A stretch of 64,000 bases of DNA. Origin: Octopus vulgaris (taxonomy: Eukaryota). A program made the translations under genes and the position numbers. Every line of letters starts with the position of its first letter. Positions within the stretch are counted from its first letter, which is position 1. Shown here in pieces: positions 13,404 through 27,510 of this stretch. The notes beneath the pieces are model-generated. The model ran no database searches and was not told where the DNA came from. It worked only from the letters and a program-made list of their open reading frames with translations. Where the stretch lies: assembly GCA_951406725.2 (NCBI GenBank), contig OX597814.1:32860001-32924000 (forward strand). The letters are read 5' to 3'.

Positions 13404-13438
<35 letters not shown>

Positions 13439-14444
13439 TGTGTGTGTGTGTACAAATGCGTGCGTACCTATGTGTATGCATGTGTGTATGTGCGTGTGCG
13501 CGCGTGTGTGTAGGCTGATTGATACGTAGACAGAAAGGTATATACTGATGAATTTCTATACAGATCTGATAATTGTATTCGGAGTAATCAAACATTTCTT
13601 TGTGTTCATTTTGCTCTTTTCAGCCATGCCACACGAATGTGCTTCCTCTAAACGTCTTCCCTCTGTACATTTTCTAGTTTGATTCCGTCTTCCACTTCTT
13701 TTTATCTCTCTCTTTCCCAACATAATTTTCGTAGCCTTCGCCTTCTTCGATATCTTCGTTATCGTCATTGTTACCCCACGCCCTACACAAATACATTCCT
13801 TTTATTTTTTTTTTTTATTTTATAAATTGCTTACTTTATCGGCAACACAATATTGCTACATATATAAATGTATACTTTGATATCTTAACAATCATAGTTT
13901 AATGTAGTCTTTTGTTATTTCGTTTCTTGGTACATTTCTTCTTCTATTCTGGCGACTAGCATGAAGGCTTTATCTAAAGTAAGCACCACATAATTACGCG
14001 ACACAGTCAATAGAACTATCGATTACGTCATATCTATCGGCAAAATGGCTGGACTGAACCCTACATCACCAACAATATACAATATTGAAATCAATGTTAG
14101 TATTTATGCTTTTTTTACCTGTTACCCATTGGTTATTTGACGAAAAACGGAAATAAAACGAAACTATATAAAAATAAATGCAAGATGCAAAGGACATAAC
14201 AACATGATACTGTAGATTTTTCTATACATTCTGCAAAACTTAATGATGAGAAAAGTAACTGCATTTCTTTATATTATTAGTGAAGTAGAAATTTGGCCGA
14301 TCTTATAATTATTTCATTTCCATTTTACATACACGCATACACAAGGGCAATACATAGAAACATATAAATGATTATGCACAAGCATATATAGAAATACAAA
14401 TGAATATGCGTGTGTGTACTTGTATATGTAAGCATGTATGTAAG

Positions 14445-14494
<50 letters not shown>

Positions 14495-14699
14495 AATATA
14501 TATATATATAATCATATATATATATAATCATATACATATCAATGTATGTGTGTAAGAATATAGACTTGGGTGCAGAGTATTTTATGAGTGTTCATCTTCA
14601 TTCATTAATATGCTCATAAATTTGTGTCCAATCTCATTATTACTGTATGTGAATACAATATCTATGAATACGAGATATGTAGACGTATTTGTTTATGGT

Positions 14700-14911
<212 letters not shown>

Positions 14912-15841
14912 GTATACGGTTAAATAAAAACGTGCAGATTGGAAAGAGACCAAATATCTGAATACAAGCTTCTATGTTTGAGTGTGAGTTTGTATGTGTG
15001 TGTGTGTACGTGTTTGTTTGTTTGTTTATTTGTGTATGTGTGTGTGTGTGTGTGTGTGTTTTTGAGTGTGTGTGTGCTTGTGTGTGTGTGTTTGGGCTTG
15101 TATGTGGCCTTAAACTAATCATGTTTTTGTTTCCTGTTGTTGAGGTTGTTACTATAGTTTCCCCATAGTATTGCATTGTCATTATCATTAGCCGCGATTA
15201 TGGTGAAAATATACTGCATGGGGCGAGTAGCAAAAAAAAAAGAAGAAAAAAAGAAAAAAACGAAAAGTAAAAGAAACAAATAAAATGAAAATGATAATAA
15301 AAATAATGATGCTATATTTCCAATATATATTGCAAAAAAAAAAAAAAATTACGATAATAAGAAATAAAAGAAAATGCATAATTGCATTGAAAAAGTGATA
15401 TCACGTACTAGCAATTGTAGCCACGAAAACACGCTCACACTCTATTCCCTTAGTTATTACCATCACCGCAAGCTCAGAAACGAGAACTGAAATTAAAAAT
15501 ACACTGAAAGTACAAAGCAAAATATGTATAAAGACAGGTAGGCAATATAATGATAGCAACAGCAGCAATGACAATGAAAGAAAACAGATGGAGCATAGAA
15601 ATGAAAAAAAAAAAAAAAGAATAAGCAAAAAAAAAACGAAAAAAACAAAATAAAAACAAAACAAAGAAAGAATGTAAAATGGGGAAATTAAACAATATAT
15701 AGGGACCTGTACGAAGCGTAATAAGCATTTACTGTATTGCTACATACACGTAGATACAATAGCTGGTGTATTGTCGCCAAACAAGCAGAAGTTTATAGCA
15801 AGTAGAAGGTAAAGACAATAAAATACCATCTGATAATAAAG

Positions 15842-15932
<91 letters not shown>

Positions 15933-15949
15933 TATATATATATATATAT

Positions 15950-16041
<92 letters not shown>

Positions 16042-16231
16042 CATGTATGTATATATATTTGTATATATGTCTATATATATATATGTATATATATATATGT
16101 ATATATGTATATATATGTGTGTGTGTGTGTATGTGTGCATACACAAACATATAGACATATATACATATATATATATATACGCACACATGCGCGCACACAC
16201 ACATATATATGCAATATAATATATTATATAC

Positions 16232-16485
16232 TATTTTACTCGTTTCAACCATGTGGATGCAGTCAAGCTGGAGCACCACCGTGGTCTTTCTGATTTCCTC
16301 AGTCTGGAGTGATTCAAATCACCACTCCTGTATGTGGATCTGTCCCAGCTGTTGGCCCATTTGGTGTAGAAGGGAGTTTGATTCCAATTCGCTTGTCAGC
16401 ACCTCACGTCGGGCTGTTGGTTCATCCGGCATTGTAGAGATGAGGATGTCTAGTTCCGTTTTGAAAAAACATCTACTTCCACCTA
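16232..16485 (-). mobile_element. CR1/L2-group LINE 3' end
   Basis: FKTELDILISTMPDEP...SNSLLHQ C-terminus followed by tail GGTGGTGCTCCAGCTTGACTGCA...TTGAAACGAGTAAAA, shared with SINE family D and the U6 tail. Confidence 0.7.
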
Positions 16486-16699
16486 TGTGAATATATGTAA
16501 GTGTATATATATGTATGTGTGTATATTTATGCATGTACATATATATCTATGTGCTATATACCATATACATACATTGGATACACACATATATACATCATAT
16601 ATATATATATATGATCATATATATATAATCATATACATATCAATGTATGTGCGTAAGAATATAGACTTGGGTGTAGAGTATTTTATGAGTGTATATGAC

Positions 16700-16843
16700 A
16701 AAATTGTCCGACGAACGGCAACGGGAAACTCAGAGTAACAGGTTTTGTTGAATTTTCTGCTGCTTTGAATAAAGCATATTACTCTACCACTGGTATTTGA
16801 GTACTCTTTTTTCCACCTTGTTTCACATTTATGTGTTTACTCC

Positions 16844-16846
<3 letters not shown>
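16700..16846 (+). mobile_element. PLE pseudo-LTR 3' remnant with hammerhead motif (16705-16740)
   Basis: TGT-CCGACGA-ACGGCAACGG-GAAAC-TCAGA-GTA-ACA; tail contains ACCACTGGT, a motif also near 27898 and 28424; ends in (TA)n. Confidence 0.6.
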
Positions 16847-16884
<38 letters not shown>

Positions 16885-16886
16885 AC

Positions 16887-16946
<60 letters not shown>

Positions 16947-17165
16947 CAATCCTTGGACTAACGCGGGTGCTACGTTCCAACGACCCCACACGATAGATGA
17001 AAATCTGCGAAGTAGAAACAGCACTGTACTATATATATATTTTCATTATTTTTATAATTTGTATATATTTATTTTATTATGAATGGAAAACAACACCACG
17101 GGGGAATCAACGTAAGCTAAAATAATAAACCGCAATAGGTGGACCGCTATACGAGGAGGGGTTAC

Positions 17166-17600
17166 TGGAGGCGTAGTGGCACTGTGGTTAGGGCTGCGGA
17201 TTCGCGCTTTCGATTCCCAGACCGGCCGTTGTGAGAGTTTATTGGGGGGAAAACACCCAACAAGTTCCACGTGGCTACGGTAGGTAAGGGATGATGTATT
17301 CTTTCAGCACAACTTTTTTCTCACTCTTTCTTCCTGTCCCTGTTGTACCTGTATTTGAAAGGGCCAGCCTTATCGCACTGAGGAAGGCGGCGAACTGGCA
17401 GAAACGTTAGCACTCCGGGCGAAATGCTAAGCGGTATGTCGTCTGTCTTTACGTACTGAGTTCAACTTCTGTCGAGGTTGATTTTGCCTTTCATCCTTCG
17501 GGGTCGATACTTAATTGTACCAGTTGCATATTTGAATCGATCTCATCAACTGGCCTCTTCCCCCAAAATTTTGGGTCTAGTGCCTAGAGTAGAAAATACT
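17166..17600 (+). mobile_element. Two adjacent diverged SINEs (family B then family A)
   Basis: Homology to 20323-20708 and 29798-30030. Confidence 0.75.
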
Positions 17601-18251
17601 TACTTTTGTAGAATGGCGGGAGAAATTCGCTATACTTTGTATAATACATATAAGGTATACATTATTCACTTGCTTGTCAGGATGCAGAATCATTTTACTG
17701 TCAATGTCAACGTAAGAGGGATATGAGGTCTCTTGTCCTGAGATTGGAGGATGTTGCAAATGATCGTCCACATCGGAGACAAATATTGCGAAAGGGGACT
17801 AAGTGAGTAGAAGAAATGCGTGAACTCGCCACCAAAGAAAAGCGTACTCGACGGAAGGGAAAAGCAGTAGTGCCGGCTAAGAGCTCCTTCCAAAGCAGTC
17901 GCTGTATGCGTGACAGATTCTCCTGTGTAAACCTGTACAGTAACAATATAATTAAGCATGCACACTCAAACGCACATGCGTACACGTACATACACATAAA
18001 CACATACGAATGGGACTGACCCTATCAAAATTAAATATTTATCTCTACTCTGGTACTCTTTATACCGACCATCAAAACCAAACACACATTTGTGTGTATG
18101 TGTGTGTGTGTTTATGTGTTTGTGTGTGTGCGTGTGTGTTTATGTTTGTGTATGTGTGCGTGTGTGTTTATGTTTGTGTATGTGTGCGTGTGTGTTTATG
18201 TTTGTGTATGTGTTTGTGTGTGTATGTTTGTGTGTGTGTGTGTGTGTGTGT

Positions 18252-18455
18252 GAGGGCGCATGGTCTAGTGAGCAGGGTTTTGCACTCACGACCTAGCGAT
18301 CGTGATTTCAATTCCTCGACTCGGTGGTGCGTTGTTTTCTTCAGCAAATCACTTCAGCTCGCGTTGCTCTGTGACCACTTCGACACCTGACGCATGACAC
18401 ACCGTGCATCTATCTATTCAGGCAACGTCGATTTGAGGGAGAGAATGAGCTAATG
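18252..18455 (+). mobile_element. Diverged tRNA-head SINE
   Basis: A-box-like TGGTCTAGTG, B-box-like TTCAATTCC, then a CORE-like TTCTTCAGCAAATCACTT segment. Confidence 0.6.
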
Positions 18456-18469
18456 TGGTTATTCTCTCC

Positions 18470-18870
18470 ATCTTAGGAAATCCCAAACAAGGCGAAAAGC
18501 CACTTAGTGTAGGAAACTATGAAAAAACGAATAATTTAGATGACGGCAATGAATTTACTTTAGACTTGAAAGCGTTCAGGAGGTCAAAAGGAGGGGGAAA
18601 ACAATGACATAGAAGAGAGTTCCAAAATCTGATAATTCGTGAGGAAAAAGCTCCGACCGTAGAAAAAAAAAACCCTCTTTATTTGTGGAAACATTCAGAT
18701 GAAGACGTAATGAGTTTCGAGTCAGGCGAGAGCTGACAATAACGAGATAAGAAAGGGTTCGCGATAAGTCACCCTACAGAAATTCATTCAGTTGTTAAAA
18801 CATAAATCATATCATGAAATTAAATGGTTTTGATTTACTGTCAGGTGACTTTTGGCCAATTCCTGTATAC
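18470..18870 (-). mobile_element. Old LINE ORF2 C-terminal remnant
   Basis: Minus frame FSSRIIRFWNSLLCHCFPP...LNAFKSKVN resembles the common R..WNSLP...FK LINE terminus. Confidence 0.55.
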
Positions 18871-18871
18871 A

Positions 18872-19372
18872 TAGAGAGAGGGAGTGAAAGAGATAGTGAG
18901 AGAGAGAGAGAGAGAGAAGAAAAAGAAGAAGAAGGAGGAGGAGGAGGAGGAGGGCAAGAGAAAGAAGGAGGAGAGAGTGAGAGAGAGAGAGAGAGAGAAG
19001 AAAAAGAAGGTAGGAGGAGGAGGAGGAGGACAAGAGAAAGAAGGAGGAGGGAGTGAGAGAGAGAGAGAAGAAAAAGAAGAAGAAGAAGAAGAAGAAGAAG
19101 AAGGAGTGGGAGGAGGTTGAGGAGGAGGAGGAGGACAAGAGAAAGAAGGAGGAGAGAGTGAGAGAGAGAGAGAAGAAAAAGAAGAAGAAGAAGAAGAAGA
19201 AGGAGTGGGAGGAGGTTGAGGAGGAGGAGGAGGACAAGAGAAAGAAGGAGGAGAGAGTGAGAGAGAGAGAGAAGAAAAAGAAGAAGAAGAAGAAAAAGAA
19301 GAAGAAGTAGAAGAAGAAATAGGAGGAGGAGGAGGAGGAGGAGGAGGACAAGAGAAAGAAGAAGAAGAAGAG
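18872..19372. repeat. Polypurine compound minisatellite, (GA)n-(GAA)n-(GGA)n higher-order unit
   Basis: Unit GAGAGAGAAGAAAAAGAAG...GGAGGACAAGAGAAAGAAGGAGGAGAGAGT repeated about five times. Confidence 0.9.
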
Positions 19373-20322
19373 GTAAATTTAAACAAAGCCCATGGTTACG
19401 TGCTTATATACATGCTTATACTTTTATGAATGATTGGTGGAAGCATTTGTTACAGTCAAAAACAAAACTTTAACCTGAGAGAAAACGTGAATAAGATTTC
19501 AATATTTTATATCTCTTGCTAATTGGTACTTATGGTTACATGTATTCTATGTCCCCCTTGCCTTTCTCTCTCTTTCACATATTATCAGTTCATATTAGAC
19601 TTTCTTTTTATAACCACAACCTTGACTTTAATTTTTCTTGTTCTTTACCTCCCGTATAAACAATGATTGAGTAGGTCTATGATCAAAAGCGTTTCGACCG
19701 CCATAGCAATTCAGTATACATTATTCAGTATACCTTCTTTTCTTAATACTTGAGAGAGATATAACTGTTATTTATAACAGGTTAACAATCTACAGGATTT
19801 CCTTCACGCAGAGACTCGATATTGGATTTGATGCTGCTTTTGTAGTAGTTGTTTTTGTTGTATTTTTTGTTTCTTGTTGTTACTTTATCTCTTGTGTCAA
19901 CACTGGGTAGTCACATGACGAAAGGCTTTTCAACTGTTGTGATTATTCCATGCAATTCTAAATCTATTATTTATCACATTAATTTAAATAACCATGTAAA
20001 TCTGGTAAACAACGACAGTCTGAGGAAGGCGTGGAATAACCCGTATATAAAAGAATAAACTAAAGCAAACGCACAAAAGGTAAAGGACAAAACAACACAC
20101 ACAAAGCAGCTAAATGTTTCTGTAGCTACACCTTTAGAAGCTCCAGGAATTGGAAGGTCTTCTATATGGGTTATGAACCTTTGGAAAATATACTGAATAT
20201 CCAGTGTTGGTCGTTTTTAAGACTGTTAAATATTCTCTCTCTGAGAATGGTAATTTTTGAACTGAAAGACATAATGCCATAAAGTTTCTGCAGTTTCCCC
20301 AAGAGTTTATATATGACTTTGT

Positions 20323-20708
20323 GTGGAGGCGGCGCAAGGGCCCACTGGTTAGAGCAGCGGACTCGCGGTCGTAGGATCGCGGTTTCGATTCCCAGACCGG
20401 GCGTTGTGAGTGTTTATTGAGCGAAAACACCTAAAAGCTCCACGAGGCTCCGGCAGGGGATGGTGGTGATCCCTGCTGTACTCTTTCACCACAACTTTCT
20501 CTCACTCTTACTTCCTGCTTCTGTTGTACCTGTATTTCAAAGGCCGGCCTTGTCACTCTCTGTGTCACGCTGAATATCCCCGAGAACTACGTTAAGGGTA
20601 CACGTGTCTGTGGAGTGCTCAGCCACTTACACGTTAATTTCACGAGCAGGCTGTTCCGTTGATCGGATCAACCGGAACCCTCGTCGTCGCAACCGACGGA
20701 GTGCTTCC
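20323..20708 (+). mobile_element. Full-length tRNA-derived SINE (family B, tail 1)
   Basis: Pol III A/B boxes (..CCCACTGGTTAG, GTTTCGATTCC); TSD ATATATGA(C/T)TTTGT. Confidence 0.9.
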
Positions 20709-21193
20709 ACATATATGATTTTGTACTAGCTGTTCATGAAATATACAACGAAATATGACGTGTTCGAACGCTAAAATGTTTTTGTTAACTTTCAATGTTT
20801 GATACATTTTGTATGCTTATGTTGATATATCTAATGTAGACAGTAAGCGAGACACCGCGATAGTCTATCACTAAATTCTTCCCAATATCTTTCCATTCCA
20901 GTCTTGTTAAATAGGCTTCCGATGGAAGATTTTAGAAATATTTAGAATGAAGCGTATATAAATTTTTTATAGCGCTCCACCATTTGCTAATTCATTTGCC
21001 TTCCTGTTTCCCTTAATATTAGAAGTACTAGTTACCAGTTCAGTATTTTCTGCTAAATAGTTATCTATTTTTAGAAGATTACTCTCTTGTATTCAATCCG
21101 ACCTCTAAAATAATGGTTTCAAGTTTTGCCACAAGGGCAGCAGTTTTTTTTGGAGGGGATAAGTCGATTACATCGACACCAGTGTTTCACTGG

Positions 21194-21242
<49 letters not shown>

Positions 21243-21267
21243 GATAATAATAATAATGATGATGATG

Positions 21268-21326
<59 letters not shown>

Positions 21327-21359
21327 TGATGCAGAAACAAGCGGTGGTTATCATGGCTT

Positions 21360-22010
21360 CTGGTACTTATTTAATTGAAACAGAAAGGATGAAAGGTAAA
21401 GTTGACCTCAGCGGAATTTGAACTCAGAACATAGCGGCAAGCGAAATAACTATTTCTTGACAAGAGAAACTAAACACAGAGAGGACAAACAAGGACAGAC
21501 AAACGTGTATTAAGCCGATTATATCGACCCCAGTGCGTAACTGGTACTTAATTTATCGATCCTGAAAGGATGAAAGGCAAAGTCGACCTTGGCGAAATTT
21601 GAACTCAGAACGTAGCGGCAGACGAAATACCTATTTCTTTACTACTCACAAGGGGACTAAACACAGAGAGGACAAACAAGGACAGACAAACGAATTAAGT
21701 CGATTATATCGACCCCAGTGCGTAACTGGTAGACTCCGAAAGGATGAAAGTCAAAGTCGACCTTGGCGGAATTTGAACTCAGAACGTAGCGGCCAACGAA
21801 ATACCTATTTCTAAACACAGAGAGGACAAACGAGGGCAGACAAACGGATTAAGACGATTATATCGACCCCAGTGCGTAACTGGTACTTATTTAATCGACC
21901 CCGAAAGGATGAAAGGCAAAGTCGACCTCGGCGGAAGAACGTAGAGGCAGCCGAAATACCGCTAAGCATTTCGCCCGGCGTGCTAACGTTTCTGCCAGCT
22001 CGTCGCCTCT
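21360..22010 (-). mobile_element. Tandem multimer of SINE family A
   Basis: Four partial head-to-tail units with a recurring junction of the type AAAGAAATAGGTATTTCG. Confidence 0.85.
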
Positions 22011-22167
22011 AACCTCTGAAATACTACTTGTCATAGATTGAGAGTGAACAGAAAAACCATGTCTCCATGGTATTTCTTTGGCTGAAACTAAGGATGATAT
22101 ATTTTTCACCATTCTGCATCAAATATTGTAAAATTAGGATGCAGTTTCATGCTCATAACTTGTTTTA

Positions 22168-22551
22168 GAAGCACTCCGTCGGTTACGACGACGAGGGTTC
22201 CGGTTGATCCGAATCAACGGAACAGCCTGCTCGTGAAATTAACGCGTAAGTGGCTGAGCACTCCACAGACACGTGCACCCTTAACGTAGTTCTCGGGGAA
22301 ATTCAGCGTAACACAGAGAGTGACAAGGCCGGCCCTTTGAAATACAGGTACAACAGAAACAGGAAGTAAGAGTGAGAGAAAGTTGTGGTGAAAGAGTACA
22401 GCAGGGATCACCACCATCCCCTGCCGGAGCCTCGTGGAGCTTTTAGGTGTTTTCGTTCAATAAACACTCACAACGCCCGGTCTGGGAATCGAAACCGCGA
22501 TCCTATGACCGCGAGTCCGCTGCCCTAACCACTGGGCCATTGCGCCTCCAC
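22168..22551 (-). mobile_element. Full-length SINE (family B, tail 1)
   Basis: Near-identical reverse complement of 20323-20708; TSD CTCATAA(C/T)TTGT. Confidence 0.9.
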
Positions 22552-24323
22552 TCTCATAATTTGTATTATAGTGATGACAGCATTATGTAATGTGCCTGCT
22601 TCTATGAGCACACTCAGTTTCTGGGAGATTAAGCTACTATTTATAGTAGGTACATCGTCTGCATTAAATCACCTATGTAAATTCGATGTGTTGTTGCTGC
22701 TACTAATTTTATTTATTTATTGCTGTTGTTGTTGTTGTTGTTGTGTAACATTGGACAGCTCTGATTGACGTCACGTAGGTAGACAGAAATTCGAAGACGG
22801 GGTTAAATATTCTATCGTGTGAAATGACCGCGTAGAGAAGGCATGTATTTCTTTGGTTTTGCTAAGTAATAATTTCCGTGCGCATGCGTCAGTTTCGTAC
22901 TTTGTTGTATTTCCTGCAAACCAATGACAAAAATACTATATAGTATATAAAATTGATGGTGAAATAATAAATAACTTGATATTGTAGTGTGTTTGAATAT
23001 AGTTTACTTTCATCATTTCAGTTCCCGTGCACAACCGATTGGAACCTCTATATTATTAAGTCATTTGTAAGTAATTCTCATCCACAACTTTTGATTGATT
23101 CTCCATGGTGAATTTTGTTATGAGTTCAAACGGGAATATAAGATAACATACATTGCGTCATATGATATTAGATAAAGCAATAACTCATTTAGTAACATAT
23201 CTAATATATATCGCCTGAATCTAAACGTGTATATAATCTGAAGCATCTGATGCGAAGAAAAGCTCGAAGATCACCTGAAAATTAAAGAAAATAAAATACT
23301 GAATATGATTAGACATTTTATGTCATCTTGTATAATATCCGATAAGAAACCTAATTCTTATTGAATTATCTAAGATTTTTCCTCTATGCGAAAAAATTAT
23401 TTTGCATCAAAACTGTACCTTGTTCTGTAACCTAGTGTCTTTTATTAGATTGTAGTCGCTTTTATGTCATCAAAAATTTTGTAACCTATTCTCATATTCA
23501 AAGCTGCCATTTGATGGAGACAGGCCACAATTGTTATCAAGACTACAGGCAGAATTTTATCTTGACATTTGGAGAATTATTTATCCGTGGGCATATAACG
23601 GTGACTGCCATTATCTGCTTGACAAATTCTTCCTTATATTCATGAAGTGATTTACTGTAAGTACGACTTCAATAAGGAATATGCCTACAGGCCTCTTTTT
23701 ATCTTTACGCTTGTGCCACCATTATGCTAAGGGCAAATCTGCAGCCTCTGCTGTGCATAAGGGCAATTTCCTTTTCATGCATACAAAGCCATTTTGCACA
23801 GGAAGGAATCTCAGTTACCAGGATCCCCTTCGGGTAGATTTTTACATCTGTATGCAAAAGATACCATTTTTCCTAGAGGCTGAAAACCAATAACTATTGT
23901 CTAAGTGGAAAGATTTTTTTTTTTTCCTTTACACAGTCTTCATGTCAGGAGAGAAGGAAGGACAGATATCCTTATTACTGCTGGCATTTGAAACTTTTCA
24001 TTTCACTCTACCTCAAAGCATAAGAAACCACCTCGAAAATTTTGGAATCTCTTATCACTAAACTTCTGAAAAAAAAAATCCATACGAATTGCAATTGTCT
24101 TTCGTATATGTGCACATATGTGTTTGTATATACATGTGACCATAGAACATATATATACATACACACGCGCACACACACATACATACATGTGTGTATAGAA
24201 TAATTTACATCGTGTTCAAGGACAAATTACAGCTAAAATTAGAACGTAATATAAATGCTGCTTAACAAACATTCTTTTCAGTGGTGTTGACCCTTCGAAT
24301 CAATTGTCGTGTTTACAACTGAA

Positions 24324-24395
<72 letters not shown>

Positions 24396-24703
24396 GTGTT
24401 ATTCATAATAAAATCTTAGCGGTTAAGGATTTTAAATCTGAATTAATTACTATACTTGGAATCAGGAGACTACATTTTTACATTTTTATCACAAAATACT
24501 GAAAAAGCAGAATACAGTACCCGTTTTTCAAAAATGTGTTTGCTTCGCTGCGTTAAAAGTGCAAGTCTGAACGTCGATCTAATTCTCTACGTTCTAACAA
24601 ACGTGATACTAACTGATCTGACTTCTGATCAAGAGTTGCAGTTCGATACATACATACATACATACATGCATACATACATACATACATACATACATACATA
24701 CAC

Positions 24704-24742
<39 letters not shown>

Positions 24743-25127
24743 TACAAATACACGCATACATATATGCATTACACACTTATACATATATATATATACGTAT
24801 ATATATATACACACACACACACAAATTTATGTATGCATATATATATATACATATATATAAACATATATCTACACACACATACACACACGCGCACACACAT
24901 ACACCGGCACAATTACACATTACACTCATACACATACGCGCACGCACAAGCGCAACACAAATATACATACACACATTTATCTATGTGTACATGAATACAT
25001 ATAAATATACTTCTACAATACATACACATATATACATATCAGATATACTTGTGTGGGCGAGTTTCAGTTTAAACATATAAACATAACTACACACACGCAT
25101 TTACACGCTCTTACACACGCACACACA

Positions 25128-25180
<53 letters not shown>

Positions 25181-25238
25181 TCAAATTTATCTATGCACAC
25201 ATGCATACATACATAAATATACTTCTACAATACAATGC

Positions 25239-25543
25239 GTGGAGGCGCAATGGCCTAGTGGTTAGGGCAGTGGACTTGCGGTCGTAGGATCGCGGTTTCG
25301 ATTCCCAGACCGGGCGTTGTGAGTGTTTACTGAGCGAAAACACTTAAAGCTCCACGAGGCTCCAGCAGGGGGTGGTGGCGATCCCTGCTGTACTCTTTCG
25401 CCACAACTTTCTCTCACTCTTTCTTCTGTTAGCCTACTCGCTTAGCCAGCAGGGTGGCGTCATTTGAAGGATAAAACAATGCAAAACGCATTGTGACCAG
25501 CGATGTGTAGCAACATCTGATAGCCTGGTCGGTCACGGTGATC
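25239..25543 (+). mobile_element. Full-length SINE (family B, tail 2)
   Basis: Same head and body as 20323 but a different 3' half; TSD ACAATACA. Confidence 0.9.
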
Positions 25544-25796
25544 ACAATACATGCAAATATATACATATCAGATATACCTGAGTGCATTAATAATTTATAA
25601 ATATTGTATTATTGGATTTTTGTTATTGACTCATTATAATAAACATTAATCGTATAACAAAAATCATACTAGTCATCATATAGATCTGTTTTCTTTTTTA
25701 AAATTATCAACGTTTTTCTTTAATTAAATTTACGTCAACTTGAATAAATATGGTTGTATATATGCATGCATAAATTGTTGTTGCTATTGTTATTAG

Positions 25797-26515
25797 ACGG
25801 CGAGCTGGCAGAAACGTTAGCGCGCCGGGCGAAATGCTTAGCGATATTTCGTCTGCCGTTATGTTCTGAGTTCAAATTCCGCCAAGGTCGACTTTGCCTT
25901 TCATCCTTTCTGGGTCCATAAATAAAGTACCAGTTACGCACTGAGGTCGATGTAATCGACTTAATCTGTTTGTCTGTCCTAGTTTGTCCTCTCTGTGTTT
26001 AGCCCCTTGTGAGCAATAAAGAAATACATCATCATCACCATCATCATCATCATCATCATTATGAGGGCAGCGAGCTGGCAGAATCGTTAGCACGCCCGGC
26101 GAAATGTTTAGCAGTATTTTGTCTGCTGTTACGTTCTGAGTTCAAATTCCACCGAGGTCGACTTTGCCTTTCATCCTTTCGGGGTCGATAAATTAAGTAC
26201 CAATTTCGTACTGGCGTCGATCAAATCGACCGGCCACCTCCCCAAAAGTTTCAGGCCTTGTGTCTATAGTAGAAAGGATTATTATTATTAGGAGGAGGAG
26301 GGCAGCGAGCTGGCAGAATCGTTATCACGCTGGGCGAAATGCTTAGCGGTATTTCTCCCATGCTACGTTCTGAGTTCAAATTCCGCCGAGCTCGACTTTG
26401 CCTTTCGTCTTGTCGGGTCGATTAAAATAAGTACCAGTGACACACTGGGGTCACTGTAATCGACTAATCTCCTCCTTCAAAATTTCAGGCCTTGTGCCTA
26501 AAGTAGAAAGGTATA
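25797..26515 (+). mobile_element. Three consecutive SINE family A copies separated by trinucleotide tracts
   Basis: Head GGCGAGCTGGCAGAA..GTTAG and B box GAGTTCAAATTCC at ~25797, 26065 and 26300. Confidence 0.85.
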
Positions 26516-26540
26516 TTATTATTATTATTATTATTATTAT

Positions 26541-26587
<47 letters not shown>

Positions 26588-27359
26588 AATGTAGCTGCGG
26601 CGGCAGCAGCAATAGTAGCATTAGTAGTAACTTATGACCGTTATACTATTTAATTGCTTACCGCTACCGTCTTGTGCAAATTGTATTTTTCTTTATCATA
26701 TTCAGTGCAGAAGTCAATACATACTTACCGTACGATGCGGTGACGACAGAGGGCGTCCATGGAGCAAACATTGTCCCTAGATGAATAACAAGTATTGAAG
26801 AACCAGTGAAGCACACTCGAAACGTAGATAAAATATCGAATAACTTTTACACACATTGAAGTACAATAAAAAGCAAAAATATTCCAATTGTCAAAACTAA
26901 TGGTAAGCTACTCAATGTACGCTTCAGTCATTTTCCCAATAATACTTCACATAAAGTGAGGTCCAGTTTTATTTATTCGCAAAAACACGCACAGTCACTT
27001 AAACACAAACAAATGCGTACATACCTACGTACATGTGAGTGTGGGTGTATGTGTGTGCGTGGGTGAGTATATGTTTGTGCGCGTATATATTTCTGTACTT
27101 GTGTGCCTTTGAGTGTTTGTGTGTGAGTGCCTTTGTATAAATATATATATATATATATATATTGACGGTAGTGACGAGTTGTAAGCTGTGGATTAGAACA
27201 TTATTTTTTATTTGTTTTAAGTATTGTTTTTAGTGACTTGTACGCCATTTTGTTGTTAGTTTGTGTTCTAGATACAATACATCACACCTTAATATATATA
27301 TATATATATATATAAACATATAACCAGACACACCGTAGTCTACAGCACGAATATATATA

Positions 27360-27439
<80 letters not shown>

Positions 27440-27458
27440 GAGAGAAGGAAATGTACCA

Positions 27459-27509
<51 letters not shown>

Positions 27510-27510
27510 T

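Noticed and set aside
20323-20400. tRNA-like sequences at SINE heads (also 25239, 28827, 32431, 55170)
   Set aside because: A/B boxes are present but they run into repeated SINE bodies with TSDs; not tRNA genes
21360-22010. Regularly spaced repeats resembling a CRISPR array
   Set aside because: Units are long SINE fragments without unique spacers; eukaryotic context and no cas genes
23200-23275. Minus-strand acceptor followed by GDLRAFLR, resembling a tyrosine kinase motif
   Set aside because: The frame closes after ~24 codons, there is no GT donor and no other kinase exon is visible
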